Numbered from the stretch's first letter, positions 20,117-30,529 are shown. The stretch is 64,000 bases of DNA from Candidatus Woesebacteria bacterium (GCA_013374835.1 CP055307.1:74447-138446); one strand, 5' to 3'. Made by a program: numbers and translations. The notes: generated by a model from the letters alone, not told the origin.

Positions 20117-20482
20117 ATGAAAAACGCTTGGTTCTACGCGGCAGTAATCATCATAATCATTTTCGGCGGAGCATTTATCCTTTCCGATAAAAAAGAGAGT
20201 CTTCCGCTTCCACCAAATATAGAATACTACTGGGGAGAAACTTGCCCCCACTGTAAAAACGTAGAAGAATTCTTAAACTCCTGGGATAAAAAAGACAAAA
20301 TAACCATTAATAAATTCGAAACCTACAAAAACCGCAAAAACGCCGAAAGGCTCACACAAAGAGCCCGCTCCTGCAATATACCGCCGAGCGAGATAGGCGT
20401 ACCGCTAATATTTACACCCGAAGGAAAATGCATAATAGGCGACGATCCGGCCATCAACTACTTTAAAACCTTAAATCTATGA
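20117..20482 (+). CDS. Membrane-anchored glutaredoxin-like protein (CPHC)
   Basis: N-terminal TM helix, YWGETCPHC...SCNI...IGVPLIFTPEGKCIIG. Confidence 0.85.
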   Translation: MKNAWFYAAVIIIIIFGGAFILSDKKESLPLPPNIEYYWGETCPHCKNVEEFLNSWDKKDKITINKFETYKNRKNAERLTQRARSCNIPPSEIGVPLIFTPEGKCIIGDDPAINYFKTLNL

Positions 20483-20997
20483 ACAAATTCAAAAAAATAT
20501 CTATAACAATCTTAATATTATTCATTAGCTACCATTCATCAATACACGAAATTTTTGCCGTATGTCCCGTATGCACTGTCGCCGTCGGCGCCGGACTAGG
20601 CCTAAGTCGCTTTATTGGCATTGACGACAGCGTTACAGGAATTTGGATTGGTGGAATGCTTGTAAGTCTTTCATTTTGGACCGCAGATTTTTTAAAAAAA
20701 AGGGGGGTTAAATTACCTCAAAAACTATTTTTCAGCTTTGTTTTTTGGGCTTTATTGACATTCATACCCCTTCAAATTTCCGACATTATCGGCCACCCGT
20801 TTAATACGATCTTTGGTATTGACAAATTAATTTTTGGCAGCTGTGTGGGCATAGTCGCATTTTTAACAGCCGTATTTGCAGACAAAAAAGTAAGAAGTGT
20901 TAAAGAAAAACAACTCTTTAATTTTCAAAAAGTAATCTTCCCACTTATATCATTAATTATGGCATCGATTATAATGTTTCTCATCACATCTGTTTAA
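20479..20997 (+). CDS. Hypothetical membrane protein with N-terminal CPVC motif
   Basis: Signal-like N-terminus, then AVCPVCTVAVGAGLGLSRFIGIDD and four TM helices. Confidence 0.8.
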   Translation: MNKFKKISITILILFISYHSSIHEIFAVCPVCTVAVGAGLGLSRFIGIDDSVTGIWIGGMLVSLSFWTADFLKKRGVKLPQKLFFSFVFWALLTFIPLQISDIIGHPFNTIFGIDKLIFGSCVGIVAFLTAVFADKKVRSVKEKQLFNFQKVIFPLISLIMASIIMFLITSV

Positions 20998-21012
20998 ATT
21001 ACCTTTATCTAA

Positions 21013-21538
21013 ATGACCAATAAGAAAAAAATAAAAAATTTGCTTGACAAAAAAGATCTTGACCTCAGTAGCGGTGAGGATCTTTCAGTTGGCATTATGA
21101 ATTTAATATCAATTGAAGAACATCTCTTTTTTACAGCCCAAAAAACCGGCAAAAAAATATCTTGATCTTTTAAACGAAGTGTGCCTTGTGCGAACCGATC
21201 TCCTGAAAGAAATAATTAAAGATTATGAGGGTGAACTTTGGTGTATCTCAAAACATCTTCTGGCTGCCAGCATGAGAATAATGGAAGTGGGAACAAAAGA
21301 ACTGAAAAAAGGAGATAAAGAAAAAGCATGAAATTTATTTGAAAAATCCTATAAACTCTACTCACTTTTTTGGGCCATAAACTTAGATGTAGTTAACCTC
21401 AAAGACGCAGCCAAAATTAAAGCAAATACCGAAACAGTCAGCTTAATAGATGAAAAAACAAATAAAAAGTCTAGCGCCTCAGTCTTCGATAAAATCGGAA
21501 ATCTTGTCCAAAAAGCAATAGACTGCTGCAGGGAATAA
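21013..21538 (+). pseudogene. Disrupted paralog of the WCISKH/DCCxE protein
   Basis: MTNKKK...LDLSSGEDLSVGIMNLISIEEHLFFTAQKTG, frameshift in the A7 run at 21151-21157, in-frame TGA at 21329-21331, ends KAIDCCRE*. Confidence 0.88.
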
Positions 21539-21621
21539 TTAATCCATAAAACATTTTTCGTCGGTATTTTAAAAACTAAAATTTAGAATTCGTTTAAAAA
21601 TTAAAAAATGTGAATTGAAAA

Positions 21622-22692
21622 TTATTCTAAATAATCCTGAAGCTTTTTTCGGCGGGAGGGGTGTTTAAGTTTTCTCAAAGCCTTTGCCTCAATCTGCCTG
21701 ATCCTCTCACGAGTCACCCCAAAAACACGCCCAACCTCCTCCAAAGTGTTCGGCTGACCTCCATCAAGACCAAACCGAAGCGTTAAAACCTTTGCTTCAC
21801 GCTCTGTCAAAGTAGATAAGACCTCATCAAGATGATCCTTAAGAAGCTGTCGGCTTGCGGTATCAACAGGCGTCGGTCTTACCTCATCCGCCACAAAGTC
21901 CCCCAAAGTGCTATCCTCATCCTCGCCGACTTTAGTATCCAAAGAAGTAACCTCCTGACTAATTTTAAAAATTTCACGAACCTTATCCGGTGTAATTCCA
22001 AGCTCCTCGGCAATCTCCTCATAAGTAGGCTCCCGCCCCAAATCCTGCATAAGACGCTGTGAAGTTCTATAAAGCTTATTTATAGTCTCAACCATATGGA
22101 CAGGAATCCTAATGGTTCTTGCCTGATCGGCAATCGCACGCGTAATAGCCTGCCTTATCCACCACGTAGCATATGTCGAAAACTTAAATCCACGCCTCCA
22201 GTCATATTTTTCAACAGCACGTATAAGCCCTTGGTTTCCCTCTTGAATTAAGTCAAGCAAAGACAGTCCCCGGCCGATATATTTCTTGGCAATAGAAACA
22301 ACAAGCCTCAAATTCGACTCAATCAATTTATCCTTAGCCTTCTTAACCCCCTTTTCAAATTGCTTAGCAAGATCTACTTCCTCCTCAGCAGTAAGAAGCG
22401 GATATTTCCCAATTTCCCTCAAATACTGTCTCACTGGATCAGTTGAATCTAGTCCCTCAAGCTTAGAAAGAAGAGCTATCTCTTGATCAATAGTAAGAAC
22501 TCTCTCCTCGGATTCCTCAGTAGAAACGGTTTCAAAAACATCTACCCCCTCATCCAAAAGCTTACCATACAAACTATCAAGCTCGGTAATTCTATTCTCG
22601 GCATCAGGAAAAACTTCCAAAATATCCTCTTGAGTAAGAAACCCCTGCTTTTTGCCCTTTTTTATTAATTCTTCTGTTACTTTTCTAAACAT
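21622..22692 (-). CDS. rpoD: RNA polymerase primary sigma factor
   Basis: [63 protein letters not shown]. Confidence 0.98.
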   Translation of the reverse strand: MFRKVTEELIKKGKKQGFLTQEDILEVFPDAENRITELDSLYGKLLDEGVDVFETVSTEESEERVLTIDQEIALLSKLEGLDSTDPVRQYLREIGKYPLLTAEEEVDLAKQFEKGVKKAKDKLIESNLRLVVSIAKKYIGRGLSLLDLIQEGNQGLIRAVEKYDWRRGFKFSTYATWWIRQAITRAIADQARTIRIPVHMVETINKLYRTSQRLMQDLGREPTYEEIAEELGITPDKVREIFKISQEVTSLDTKVGEDEDSTLGDFVADEVRPTPVDTASRQLLKDHLDEVLSTLTEREAKVLTLRFGLDGGQPNTLEEVGRVFGVTRERIRQIEAKALRKLKHPSRRKKLQDYLE

Positions 22693-24457
22693 AGTCAGCC
22701 TCAAGTTCAGCTCTTTCTTTTAATAGGGTTGACAGCCTCTGATTAACTTCATCAAGTTTATCATTTTTTCCCTTTTCTTCAAGCTCTGCCAAAACTTTTT
22801 TAAGTTTCTCAATTTCTTCCTTCACATCCTCAAGTTTTATCCTTTGAATCAGTTTTTTTATTTCCTTCTCAAGGTTCTGAATCTCCAAATCCTCATCTGC
22901 CAAAAAAAGCCTAGAAAATCCCTCTTTATATTCATCTTCAAGTTCATTCAAAAAATCTCCCGGCTTAAACTTTTTACCCGCTTTCATGTAACTCTCAATC
23001 TTTTCATAAAGCTTTTTTAAAAGCCTTGAGCTAAACAAATCCTTATATTCCTCTCGCGCGAAAACATCAGGCTTATATTTTACAAAAAGAGACATAAGCC
23101 GCTCCTCCCACAAATCTCTCGCCACCTGCTTCTTCTCCAAACCTTCTTTAAAAAAAGCATCATGGAAAAACTGATCCTTAGAAAACTCATTTACCTGAGA
23201 AACAACCGCACTCTCATCAACCCCAAGTTTTTTGGAAACCTTTTTTATATAATGGGCTTGAACTATTTTATCAGGTATAGACGATATTACAGGAATAATC
23301 TCTCTGCTTATTTTAAGCTTTGCAGAGCCTTCGTCCAAGGATTTGTATCGCGAAAATATTACACCGATCAAAAAATCCCATATATTTATTGATTTTTTCA
23401 AAAACTTGCGGTATCCAGAAGGATCATTTCTAGCAAACTCATCAGGATCTTTATATTTTAAAAGCTTCGCAACTCTCACATCCACTCCCATTTCCTGTGC
23501 CTGAGAAATGCTTCTTATAGCAGCATTATTCCCCGCAAAATCACTATCAAGCGCTAAAACAACGCTGTTGGCAAACCGCGACAAAATTCTCGTATGTTCA
23601 TAAGTCAACGCCGTGCCTTGAATAGCAACAACGTTTCTAACCCCAGCCTGCCAAGAAGAAACAACATCCAAAGGGCCCTCCACAATAACAACAACACCAC
23701 TTCTTTTTATATAACCCTTGGCAGAGTCAAGCCCGTATAAAGAATTGCTTTTGCTGTAAACCAAAGACTCGGGTGAATTAATATATTTTGCATACCCCTT
23801 TTCAGCAAAACTAGGATGTATCCTGCCAGAAAAGCCGATCGTTCTGCCTCGATGATCTCTAATAGGAAAAATTATCCTTCCTCGAAACCTATCAAAACTG
23901 CCCCGCGGCGTGGAAACCACAAGCCCACAAGAAACCAAATCTCGCTCCGCATACTTTCTCTTCTTCGTAAAATAATTAAGCAACAAATTTGGCCTATCGG
24001 GCGCAGCTCCTATCCGAAACTCTTTTATGGTATCCTCTTTAAGTCCCCGCTCGTTTAATAAATAATCAAGATAAATTTTCCCAAGCTCGTGCTTCAAAAG
24101 AATATAATGATAAAACCTACTGGCTTCATCATTTATTTCAAAAAAGATTTCTTTCTCTCCCCTTTGTACACCCGAAATAGGCTTTAAACTCACCCCAACC
24201 CTTTCGGCCAAATACTTTAGCGCCTCATAAAACTCCATTCCCTCATACTTCTGCAAAAAAGAAATAACATCTCCGCCCTCACCGCAACCGAAACACTTGA
24301 ATATCTGAAGCTCGGGGCTAACCATAAAAGAAGGGGTTTTCTCGCTATGAAACGGACAAAGCCCCTTATAATTCCTGCCCGCTCTTTTAAGTTCTACATG
24401 CTCACGAATTATTTCAACTATGTCAACCTTACTCTTTACCTCATCAACCTGCTCCAT
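22685..24457 (-). CDS. dnaG: DNA primase
   Basis: [11 protein letters not shown]...CFGC zinc finger, KYINSPE, TOPRIM EG..DV and DSD.AG. Confidence 0.98.
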   Translation of the reverse strand: MEQVDEVKSKVDIVEIIREHVELKRAGRNYKGLCPFHSEKTPSFMVSPELQIFKCFGCGEGGDVISFLQKYEGMEFYEALKYLAERVGVSLKPISGVQRGEKEIFFEINDEASRFYHYILLKHELGKIYLDYLLNERGLKEDTIKEFRIGAAPDRPNLLLNYFTKKRKYAERDLVSCGLVVSTPRGSFDRFRGRIIFPIRDHRGRTIGFSGRIHPSFAEKGYAKYINSPESLVYSKSNSLYGLDSAKGYIKRSGVVVIVEGPLDVVSSWQAGVRNVVAIQGTALTYEHTRILSRFANSVVLALDSDFAGNNAAIRSISQAQEMGVDVRVAKLLKYKDPDEFARNDPSGYRKFLKKSINIWDFLIGVIFSRYKSLDEGSAKLKISREIIPVISSIPDKIVQAHYIKKVSKKLGVDESAVVSQVNEFSKDQFFHDAFFKEGLEKKQVARDLWEERLMSLFVKYKPDVFAREEYKDLFSSRLLKKLYEKIESYMKAGKKFKPGDFLNELEDEYKEGFSRLFLADEDLEIQNLEKEIKKLIQRIKLEDVKEEIEKLKKVLAELEEKGKNDKLDEVNQRLSTLLKERAELEADYV

Positions 24458-24651
24458 TTACCTTAAAATTATACCACCCTAGTTATAAACTCGCCCTACA
24501 ACCAAAAAAACCAAACCATGCTTTCAAAAAAAATTAAAACCAACCTTGAAAAACAAGCGAAAATCCACGTACCAGACGCCCTCCAAAAAATAACAAACCT
24601 ATTTTTATTTTATGATAATTTCAAACTTTCTTTGAGACAGCAAAACCCTTT

Positions 24652-25155
24652 TTATATTTTCCTACTATCATAAGCCCAATGAAAAAGAGCTTGCCTTTGT
24701 CTTTTTCTACAATTTAAATCACCTAATCCACAGCACTTCTTAATTTGAGCAACATGCCTTTTCATTGCCTTCCAACGCCTAATTTGTCTTTTATCATCCG
24801 GGTGTCTTCTACCCATATAATACCGGCAATACCACTGAAACCAACCTCTTGGATCATCAGGATGAATCCAGCCTTTTTTGCGCCAAACAGACAAAGGTTG
24901 ACTGGCATTCACCCCAAAGAAATTTAACTTCGCATCATGTTTTCTTGAGCATAACTTGGCTTTCTTAAACCAACTTTTAGGAAATTCTTTCTTACAATCA
25001 GTCATATACTTCCCGCCAAATACGCCAAGTTCTAACATTTCTTTTGGTGTTAATTCTGGCTTGAAGTCTTTATCAAAATTTTCCCCCAACTTTTCTGAAA
25101 GCTCATAGACATAGTTTTTCTGCATTTTATCGTTGACTACGATTATCTTTTTCAT
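24652..25155 (-). CDS. Conserved hypothetical basic protein (FGGKY / RGWFQWYCRYY family)
   Basis: Probable start MKKIIVV at 25155. The track's longer N-terminus overlaps the upstream gene. Motifs FKPELTPKEML.LGVFGG.Y, DPRGWFQWYCRYYMGRR, RQAL.HWAYD. Confidence 0.8.
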   Translation of the reverse strand: MKKIIVVNDKMQKNYVYELSEKLGENFDKDFKPELTPKEMLELGVFGGKYMTDCKKEFPKSWFKKAKLCSRKHDAKLNFFGVNASQPLSVWRKKGWIHPDDPRGWFQWYCRYYMGRRHPDDKRQIRRWKAMKRHVAQIKKCCGLGDLNCRKRQRQALFHWAYDSRKI

Positions 25156-25921
25156 ACTTTTTTGTTGGTAATGGAAAGAAGACACTCGTTCTTTTTTTAT
25201 ATTCTTCAAATTCAGGATTTCCCTCATATTTCTTTTCCAACATGGGAATTCCTGAAACAAAAAGAATAAGTATTGTGATAGTAAGCGGACTAACGATTGT
25301 ATAAAAAAATGGAGAACTCCCAAGTGAAATAATAAAAATACCCCACCAAAGTGTAACTTCTCCAAAATAATTTGGGTGCCTTGTATATGCCCATAATCCG
25401 CTCTGCATAATCTTTCCTTTATTTCTCGGGTTCTTTACAAACCGCCTAAGTTGCGCATCACCCACAGCTTCGAAATAAAAACCAATGATCCAGATAAATA
25501 CCCCAATAAAATCAAGCACGCCCAAAGATAAACCGTTTTTTTTATTAATTATCATAATCGGTACAGCTATGAAAAAAAGCAAAATTCCTTGTAGTATATA
25601 TATTTGTAAATATGAACGAAGGTAAAATAATCTACCCCATTTCTTTCGCCAAACCAAATAACGATAATCCTCAGTCTTGCCTTTATTACGCGAGAAAATG
25701 TGCCACGCGAGGCGAAAACCCCAAATACTTACCAAAACACCGACAAGCAATCCACGCGGACCCGAATCTTTGGAAAACAAAAATGAAGCCCAAACTATAA
25801 GAATAAACCCCAATCCCCACGCTATATCAGCTACATCATTTCTTTTTTTAATCAAAGAAACCACAAACCATAGGTTCATGTAAACAAACAATATTAAAGC
25901 AAGGTTAAAAAAGTAATTCAT
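25127..25921 (-). CDS. DUF1295 (steroid 5-alpha reductase-like) membrane protein
   Basis: DIAWGLGF, WGFRL, EDYRY, EAVGDAQL, GLWAYTRHPNYFGE, SGIPMLE. Confidence 0.92.
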   Translation of the reverse strand: MNYFFNLALILFVYMNLWFVVSLIKKRNDVADIAWGLGFILIVWASFLFSKDSGPRGLLVGVLVSIWGFRLAWHIFSRNKGKTEDYRYLVWRKKWGRLFYLRSYLQIYILQGILLFFIAVPIMIINKKNGLSLGVLDFIGVFIWIIGFYFEAVGDAQLRRFVKNPRNKGKIMQSGLWAYTRHPNYFGEVTLWWGIFIISLGSSPFFYTIVSPLTITILILFVSGIPMLEKKYEGNPEFEEYKKRTSVFFPLPTKKYEKDNRSQR

Positions 25922-26316
25922 AACCCAATTCTTTTAATGATCAAAAATGTGATCGTAGAAACCAAAGTCGCCAAGACCGCACCCCAGACCAAATCAACAA
26001 TTGTTACTAAAAGCGGCCAATCTTTGGCAACAGCCAAATTGGTTAGATCATAAGTAGCATAACAAACCAACCCAAAAAGGGCGCCAAAAAGAATAGCCTG
26101 TGTCCAAGAACCTCTTTCTAAGGCGGGAGAAATAACAAATACCACCAAACCAGCTATAAAAATCAAATAAAAGATAATGGCCGCAATCCAATTAACATCC
26201 GACTTCATAAGATGACCGATTTGATTTGCGTAAAATTTTTTAGCCACAAACCCAAGCCAGACCATGTCAATGGCAAAAAAAACTGGTAGGGCTATAAAAT
26301 AAAGTTTAATAAACAT
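25918..26316 (-). CDS. DUF2177 family membrane protein
   Basis: FFAIDMVWLG...FY...GALFGLVCYATYDLTNLA..KDWP...VDLVWG. Confidence 0.9.
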   Translation of the reverse strand: MFIKLYFIALPVFFAIDMVWLGFVAKKFYANQIGHLMKSDVNWIAAIIFYLIFIAGLVVFVISPALERGSWTQAILFGALFGLVCYATYDLTNLAVAKDWPLLVTIVDLVWGAVLATLVSTITFLIIKRIGL

Positions 26317-26318
26317 AA

Positions 26319-27083
26319 TTATTTATCCCCTTTCTTAATAATACTTATAAACGCTATTGTTCCTAAAAATACCAAAAGACACAAAACTACCGTCCAAATT
26401 ACGATCGGGTATTGACCACTAAAGCCGCTTGTCGAAAGGTGCTTAACTAAAATAGCACCATATGCCCAAATCAACACAAGCCCGTAAGGAATAAAGCGGT
26501 CGTAAAGTATGCGCCATGAACCAATCAGCGCTCCGATTAAAAGGACAACAACTGTCCAAAAAACTTCAGGCAAACCAAATCCATTCCAGCCAAGGTAAAC
26601 AAGAAAAACGGCCACGTTGGCAATTGTGGCAACCGTAATCCAGCCAAAATATACACTGAAGGGTAGCCTTACCAGCCAAGTTTGTTTTGGCGTAAGAGCA
26701 CGACCGCGAAACATATCGACAATCTTGATAAGAGTAACTAATAAACCACCCATGATAATGACTGATAACCAGATCAAATCGTAGTGCCAAGCAAATATCC
26801 ACGAAATATTAAAAAGCGCATTTACAATAAAGATTTTGTTAACTTTTTTCACTAATTCATCTTTTTCTTGCCAAAGTTGATATACAGCATACATCCCCAA
26901 AAGAATATAAATCAGTCCCCAAATGGAAAAAGCATAGCCAGCCGGCGCAAATAAATTTTGGTAATTATCTGATATTTGCCCAGTGCTTCGGCCTCCAAGC
27001 GGAAGCAATACTGCCAGATAATTTACTCCAACCATAGCAACATACGCTACTAATATTGATGTTTTTAAAATTTTTCTGCTCAC
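26319..27083 (-). CDS. Tryptophan-rich sensory (TspO/MBR-like) membrane protein
   Basis: FAPAGYAFSIWGLIY, N.SWIFAW, PFSVYFGWITVATIAN. Confidence 0.8.
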   Translation of the reverse strand: MSRKILKTSILVAYVAMVGVNYLAVLLPLGGRSTGQISDNYQNLFAPAGYAFSIWGLIYILLGMYAVYQLWQEKDELVKKVNKIFIVNALFNISWIFAWHYDLIWLSVIIMGGLLVTLIKIVDMFRGRALTPKQTWLVRLPFSVYFGWITVATIANVAVFLVYLGWNGFGLPEVFWTVVVLLIGALIGSWRILYDRFIPYGLVLIWAYGAILVKHLSTSGFSGQYPIVIWTVVLCLLVFLGTIAFISIIKKGDK

Positions 27084-27200
27084 GGCTTACCTCATTTCTA
27101 AATTCATTTTATGCAAAATCTAAACAGAGATCAAAAAGCTCAGGTGCGGCAGTATACAGATATCTCCCGATGTTGTGTGAAGCGAAAAAAGTCACTTAAC

Positions 27201-27686
27201 TCAACGCTCAACTTTTCTATAAGTCTCGCGGAAGGCGTGACCATCGATAATATATGGCTTCCCTTCGCGATTGCCGTCTGGGTCACAGGTGTCAGCAATG
27301 AAACAGTTCTCATCTCCCCTCTGGGGCGAACCCCAAGGAGCCATAATTTCGATCGGCTTCTTGAACGGATTCGGAATCGCACGACAATATCCCTTCGCCG
27401 CGTAGACGCCTTTATTACCGGTGGCTTCATAACGCGCAAAAAATTTCTCCCCTGAAACGACGTAGCTTTCTTCATCTGGATTGGTGACGACCCAGTCTCC
27501 TTCACGGGCTACATTCACAGTTTCTTCACTTCCGTCTTTAAGTATGGTTCTAATTTCCTCACCGGGCATTGCACGACGGGCTTTTACACGAACATTCTTT
27601 TTATAGACAGGAGCTCTATCAAGCTTCTCCATAATTTCGGGTGAATTAATGTCTACAAACTGGAAATTACCCTCTCGGTTCTCCAT
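27201..27686 (-). CDS. Hypothetical protein with a PGDYG-like motif
   Basis: Internally duplicated module (AREGDWVVTNPDEESY...KFFARYE and ...KPYII...FRETYR). Confidence 0.6.
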   Translation of the reverse strand: MENREGNFQFVDINSPEIMEKLDRAPVYKKNVRVKARRAMPGEEIRTILKDGSEETVNVAREGDWVVTNPDEESYVVSGEKFFARYEATGNKGVYAAKGYCRAIPNPFKKPIEIMAPWGSPQRGDENCFIADTCDPDGNREGKPYIIDGHAFRETYRKVER

Positions 27687-28003
27687 TCTCGGTTATCCTT
27701 ATTTCATAAGGTTTATGATTGAATACGAACTAATTGTTATCCTAATATATCATAAAGAAGTCTCAAAAGCAAATAAAAAGACTAATCAGGCTAAGAAAAA
27801 TATTAACTTCAAACAAAAAAACCAGATCACTAAAATGAATTAATAGAATTATTTGCCCAATATCTATGAATACAACTACAGCCGTTGTTTAGCCCGCGAT
27901 TATTTTAATAAATTTGAGATTCTAATGATTATAAAATTTTTATAAAAGATATTCTTTACGCAAGAAAAATCTACCGATAGCAAAGAAAGATTGCTTGCGC
28001 GAG

Positions 28004-28089
28004 CGGAGGAGGTGGGATTCGAACCCACGCATCCTTTATCAGGATCAGGTTCTCCAAACCTGTGCAATTGGCCGCTATGCGACTCCTCC
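28004..28089 (-). tRNA. tRNA-Ser(GGA)
   Basis: GGAGGAG/CTCCTCC-G acceptor, CAGGT-TT-GGA-GA-ACCTG, long variable arm. Confidence 0.93.
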
Positions 28090-28148
28090 AAACATATTTT
28101 ATAGACCGTCTCGCACAAGCTTTGAATAAAGCTTGTGCAACTCCTCCC

Positions 28149-28598
28149 TCAAACTAACTTTTTCTTAAAATTAAGCCTTTTTTCCTCAATCTCCTTGGCA
28201 ATTTTCAAAGCCTCTTTTAACATCTGTCTGTCTCTTTTTGTTTTAAGTTTTTTAACAGCGCTTTGGTATTCAAACCAATCACCATTCAAAAAACCAAGCA
28301 TTTCTCCGCTGTCTTTTGTTGACATCAAATAATAAATAAATCTTTGTGCAACAAGCTTATTATTAACGCGCGTAGCACCGCCACTTCTTCCCACTTCGTC
28401 AAGCACCCTTGCCTTTATTCCTCCCTGCTCTGCCATTACCCTAATAGCAGCCCGGACCGAAGATTCGGCCTTTCGAACAGTCGTTTTTGGAAACTCCCAA
28501 TCACCATCCTTCTCATGAACAACAAGAAACCATTCTTTCTTACCCTTCTCTTTCTTAAACACCACAGGCACGGATACCAATAAAAGTTTGTCTTTCAT
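28149..28598 (-). CDS. NUDIX-fold protein (degenerate box)
   Basis: WEFPKTTVRKAESSVRAAIRVMAEQGG resembles a Nudix box that has lost key glutamates. Confidence 0.7.
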   Translation of the reverse strand: MKDKLLLVSVPVVFKKEKGKKEWFLVVHEKDGDWEFPKTTVRKAESSVRAAIRVMAEQGGIKARVLDEVGRSGGATRVNNKLVAQRFIYYLMSTKDSGEMLGFLNGDWFEYQSAVKKLKTKRDRQMLKEALKIAKEIEEKRLNFKKKLV

Positions 28599-28832
28599 GG
28601 CTGTATTTTACACCAAATCAACACTTTTTTCTTCACAAATAATATTTTTATCAACAAAAACAGTTAAACAAAAACTCTGGGTTAAACCGTCTTAAAAATT
28701 TTAATAAATAATTGTTAGCACCGTGGCGAAACCAACCCAAAACAAATAAACAACGCTCCATACAAGAGCAAAAAACCAAAAAAAAGACGTCCAAGAGACT
28801 CAACAAACTTTTGACATCAACCACGATCCACG

Positions 28833-28919
28833 CGGAAGGGGTGGGATTCGAACCCACGAGTCCCGTTATCGAGACATGGTTTTCGAGACCATTCCGTTAG
28901 ACCGCTCCGGCACCCTTCC
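28833..28919 (-). tRNA. tRNA-Ser(CGA)
   Basis: GGAAGGG acceptor, ATGGT-CT-CGA-AA-ACCAT, long variable arm. Confidence 0.93.
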
Positions 28920-28921
28920 TC

Positions 28922-28998
28922 TGGTATCCCCAAGAGGACTCGAACCTCCAACCTCCAGATCCGCAATCTGGCGCTCTATCCAATTAAGCTATGGGGAC
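28922..28998 (-). tRNA. tRNA-Arg(GCG)
   Basis: GTCCCCA/TGGGGAT acceptor, CCAGA-TT-GCG-GA-TCTGG, encoded CCA. Confidence 0.92.
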
Positions 28999-29034
28999 TC
29001 TACCTATATTTTACCAAAATCATGAAGAAAATAT

Positions 29035-29523
29035 TTATTCGGGAAAAAACCTAGAAATTCTGTCTATACTTTTATCAACTAACGACGGAGAAACAGTCTC
29101 TTCGTGAATATGCTTTTTAAATTCTTCAGCTATTTTCTGCCTTTCACTAGAAGGAAAAAGTATCTCAAGTCTTCCGGGAAATTTATTAATCTCAACTACC
29201 AATATTTCGCTCCCAAATCGGTTAATAAACCAAAACCGTTTTGCTTCATCCCAATGAACTTTCTTGCCCAAAACATCAATACCTTTATTGGTAATTTTAT
29301 ACTCTATGTTCTCAGGCTCAACCGTGGACATAACATAAAAAAGAAAAACTAAAGAAAAAAGTATAAACACAGGAATAATACCCTCAATAAAAAAAAGTAT
29401 TATTCCCAAAAGAACAGCCACTGATACAATAGTTACGTAAAAATCTCGACTTCGTCTTTTAAAAGGCCTCGAAGGAGCTATCCAGCTTAAAACAACAACC
29501 TCTTTTTTATCACCCCCATCCAT
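29035..29523 (-). CDS. Conserved CPR membrane protein (2 TM plus PH-like C-terminus)
   Basis: LSWIAPSRPFKRRSRDFY, two TM helices, YKITNKGI...W.....FW. Confidence 0.7.
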   Translation of the reverse strand: MDGGDKKEVVVLSWIAPSRPFKRRSRDFYVTIVSVAVLLGIILFFIEGIIPVFILFSLVFLFYVMSTVEPENIEYKITNKGIDVLGKKVHWDEAKRFWFINRFGSEILVVEINKFPGRLEILFPSSERQKIAEEFKKHIHEETVSPSLVDKSIDRISRFFPE

Positions 29524-29607
29524 TCCTAAAATCATTATATATTAAAACAATCCAATTATGCTAGAAGAAGAAGATGCCTACTGGTATAATAGCCTAAGCA
29601 CATTTTT

Positions 29608-29695
29608 GGTAGGGTGGCCGAGTGGCCTAAGGCGACGGTTTGCTAAACCGTTGAGGGGTAAAACTCTCGCGCAGGTTCGAATCCTGTCCCTACCG
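29608..29695 (+). tRNA. tRNA-Ser(GCT)
   Basis: GGTAGGG acceptor, ACGGT-TT-GCT-AA-ACCGT, long variable arm. TGGTATAAT promoter at 29582-29590. Confidence 0.94.
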
Positions 29696-29701
29696 CAAGC
29701 T

Positions 29702-29791
29702 GGTGAGGTCGCATAGTGGACTAGTGCAGCGGTCTTGAAAACCGCCGTGGTCGTTTTTCGGCCACCGTGGGTTCGAATCCCACCCTCACCG
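29702..29791 (+). tRNA. tRNA-Ser(TGA)
   Basis: GGTGAGG acceptor, GCGGT-CT-TGA-AA-ACCGC, long variable arm. Confidence 0.94.
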
Positions 29792-29800
29792 CAGCAATCT

Positions 29801-30478
29801 TCACGAAGCAATAGTTATTCCCCAGACTACCTTTGCACCCGCTTTTTTCAGGACTTCACCGCACTCACGAATTGTGCTTCCGGTGGTAAGCACATCATCA
29901 AAAACAACCAAACTATCATATTCCTTAAAATTTTTTTTGTACTTATTATTAATTTCAAAAGCACCCCGAAGATTTTTAATCCGTTCTCGTCTCACCAAAC
30001 CAGCTTGTGAACGAGTGTTTTTTGTCTTTATCAAAATATCATCGTCAAATTTCCAACCCATCTCGTAAGCCACCTTCACCCCAATCAACGACGCCTGATT
30101 AAACCCCCTCCACCTTTCCTTCCCAGATTTCATTGGCACAGAAGTAGAAAGCACACTGCCTAAATTAAAAGGATAATTTTTTATATCATTTATACTCCTT
30201 TTTACCAATTCATCAACAATATCATAAGAAAAACTATACTTAAATTTAAGCAGCGCTTTACGAACCACCCCCTCATATCTCCATATAGCAAAAGCTCCGT
30301 CAATTCTTCCCCTCCTATTGCAACTCTTATGGGTCCTCCCCCAATACGAATAATTACCACAATAAATACATTTACAAAAAGCTCTGTCAACTAAACCCAA
30401 GCAAGAATTACAAATATAAAATCCTGAAACGCCGCAATTCAAACATCTTTTGGGGAAAACAAAATCAATTATTCCCAT
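29801..30478 (-). CDS. comF: ComF family protein (double zinc ribbon plus PRTase domain)
   Basis: FPKRCLNC...ICNSC...CIYC, RGFNQA, R.KNL.GAF, FDDVLTTGST. Confidence 0.92.
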   Translation of the reverse strand: MGIIDFVFPKRCLNCGVSGFYICNSCLGLVDRAFCKCIYCGNYSYWGRTHKSCNRRGRIDGAFAIWRYEGVVRKALLKFKYSFSYDIVDELVKRSINDIKNYPFNLGSVLSTSVPMKSGKERWRGFNQASLIGVKVAYEMGWKFDDDILIKTKNTRSQAGLVRRERIKNLRGAFEINNKYKKNFKEYDSLVVFDDVLTTGSTIRECGEVLKKAGAKVVWGITIAS

Positions 30479-30529
30479 CTTAAGGTACAATATAAAATAT
30501 AAATAAATCTAATTTTACTCTAACACAAA

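Noticed and set aside
21329-21331. In-frame TGA as recoding (Gly/Trp/Sec)
   Set aside because: TGA ends normal genes here (smpB, yidC, jag, dnaA), the same gene also has a frameshift, and the paralog has no Cys at that position.
25156-25365. N-terminal extension of ORF 24652..25365
   Set aside because: It overlaps the DUF1295 gene in another frame. The ATG at 25155 is the more plausible start.
28600-28900. A/C-rich intergenic tract and short ORFs (similar tracts at 24480-24650 and 27690-28000)
   Set aside because: Low-complexity strand-skewed sequence partly overlapping tRNAs, with no convincing repeat, structure or coding signal.
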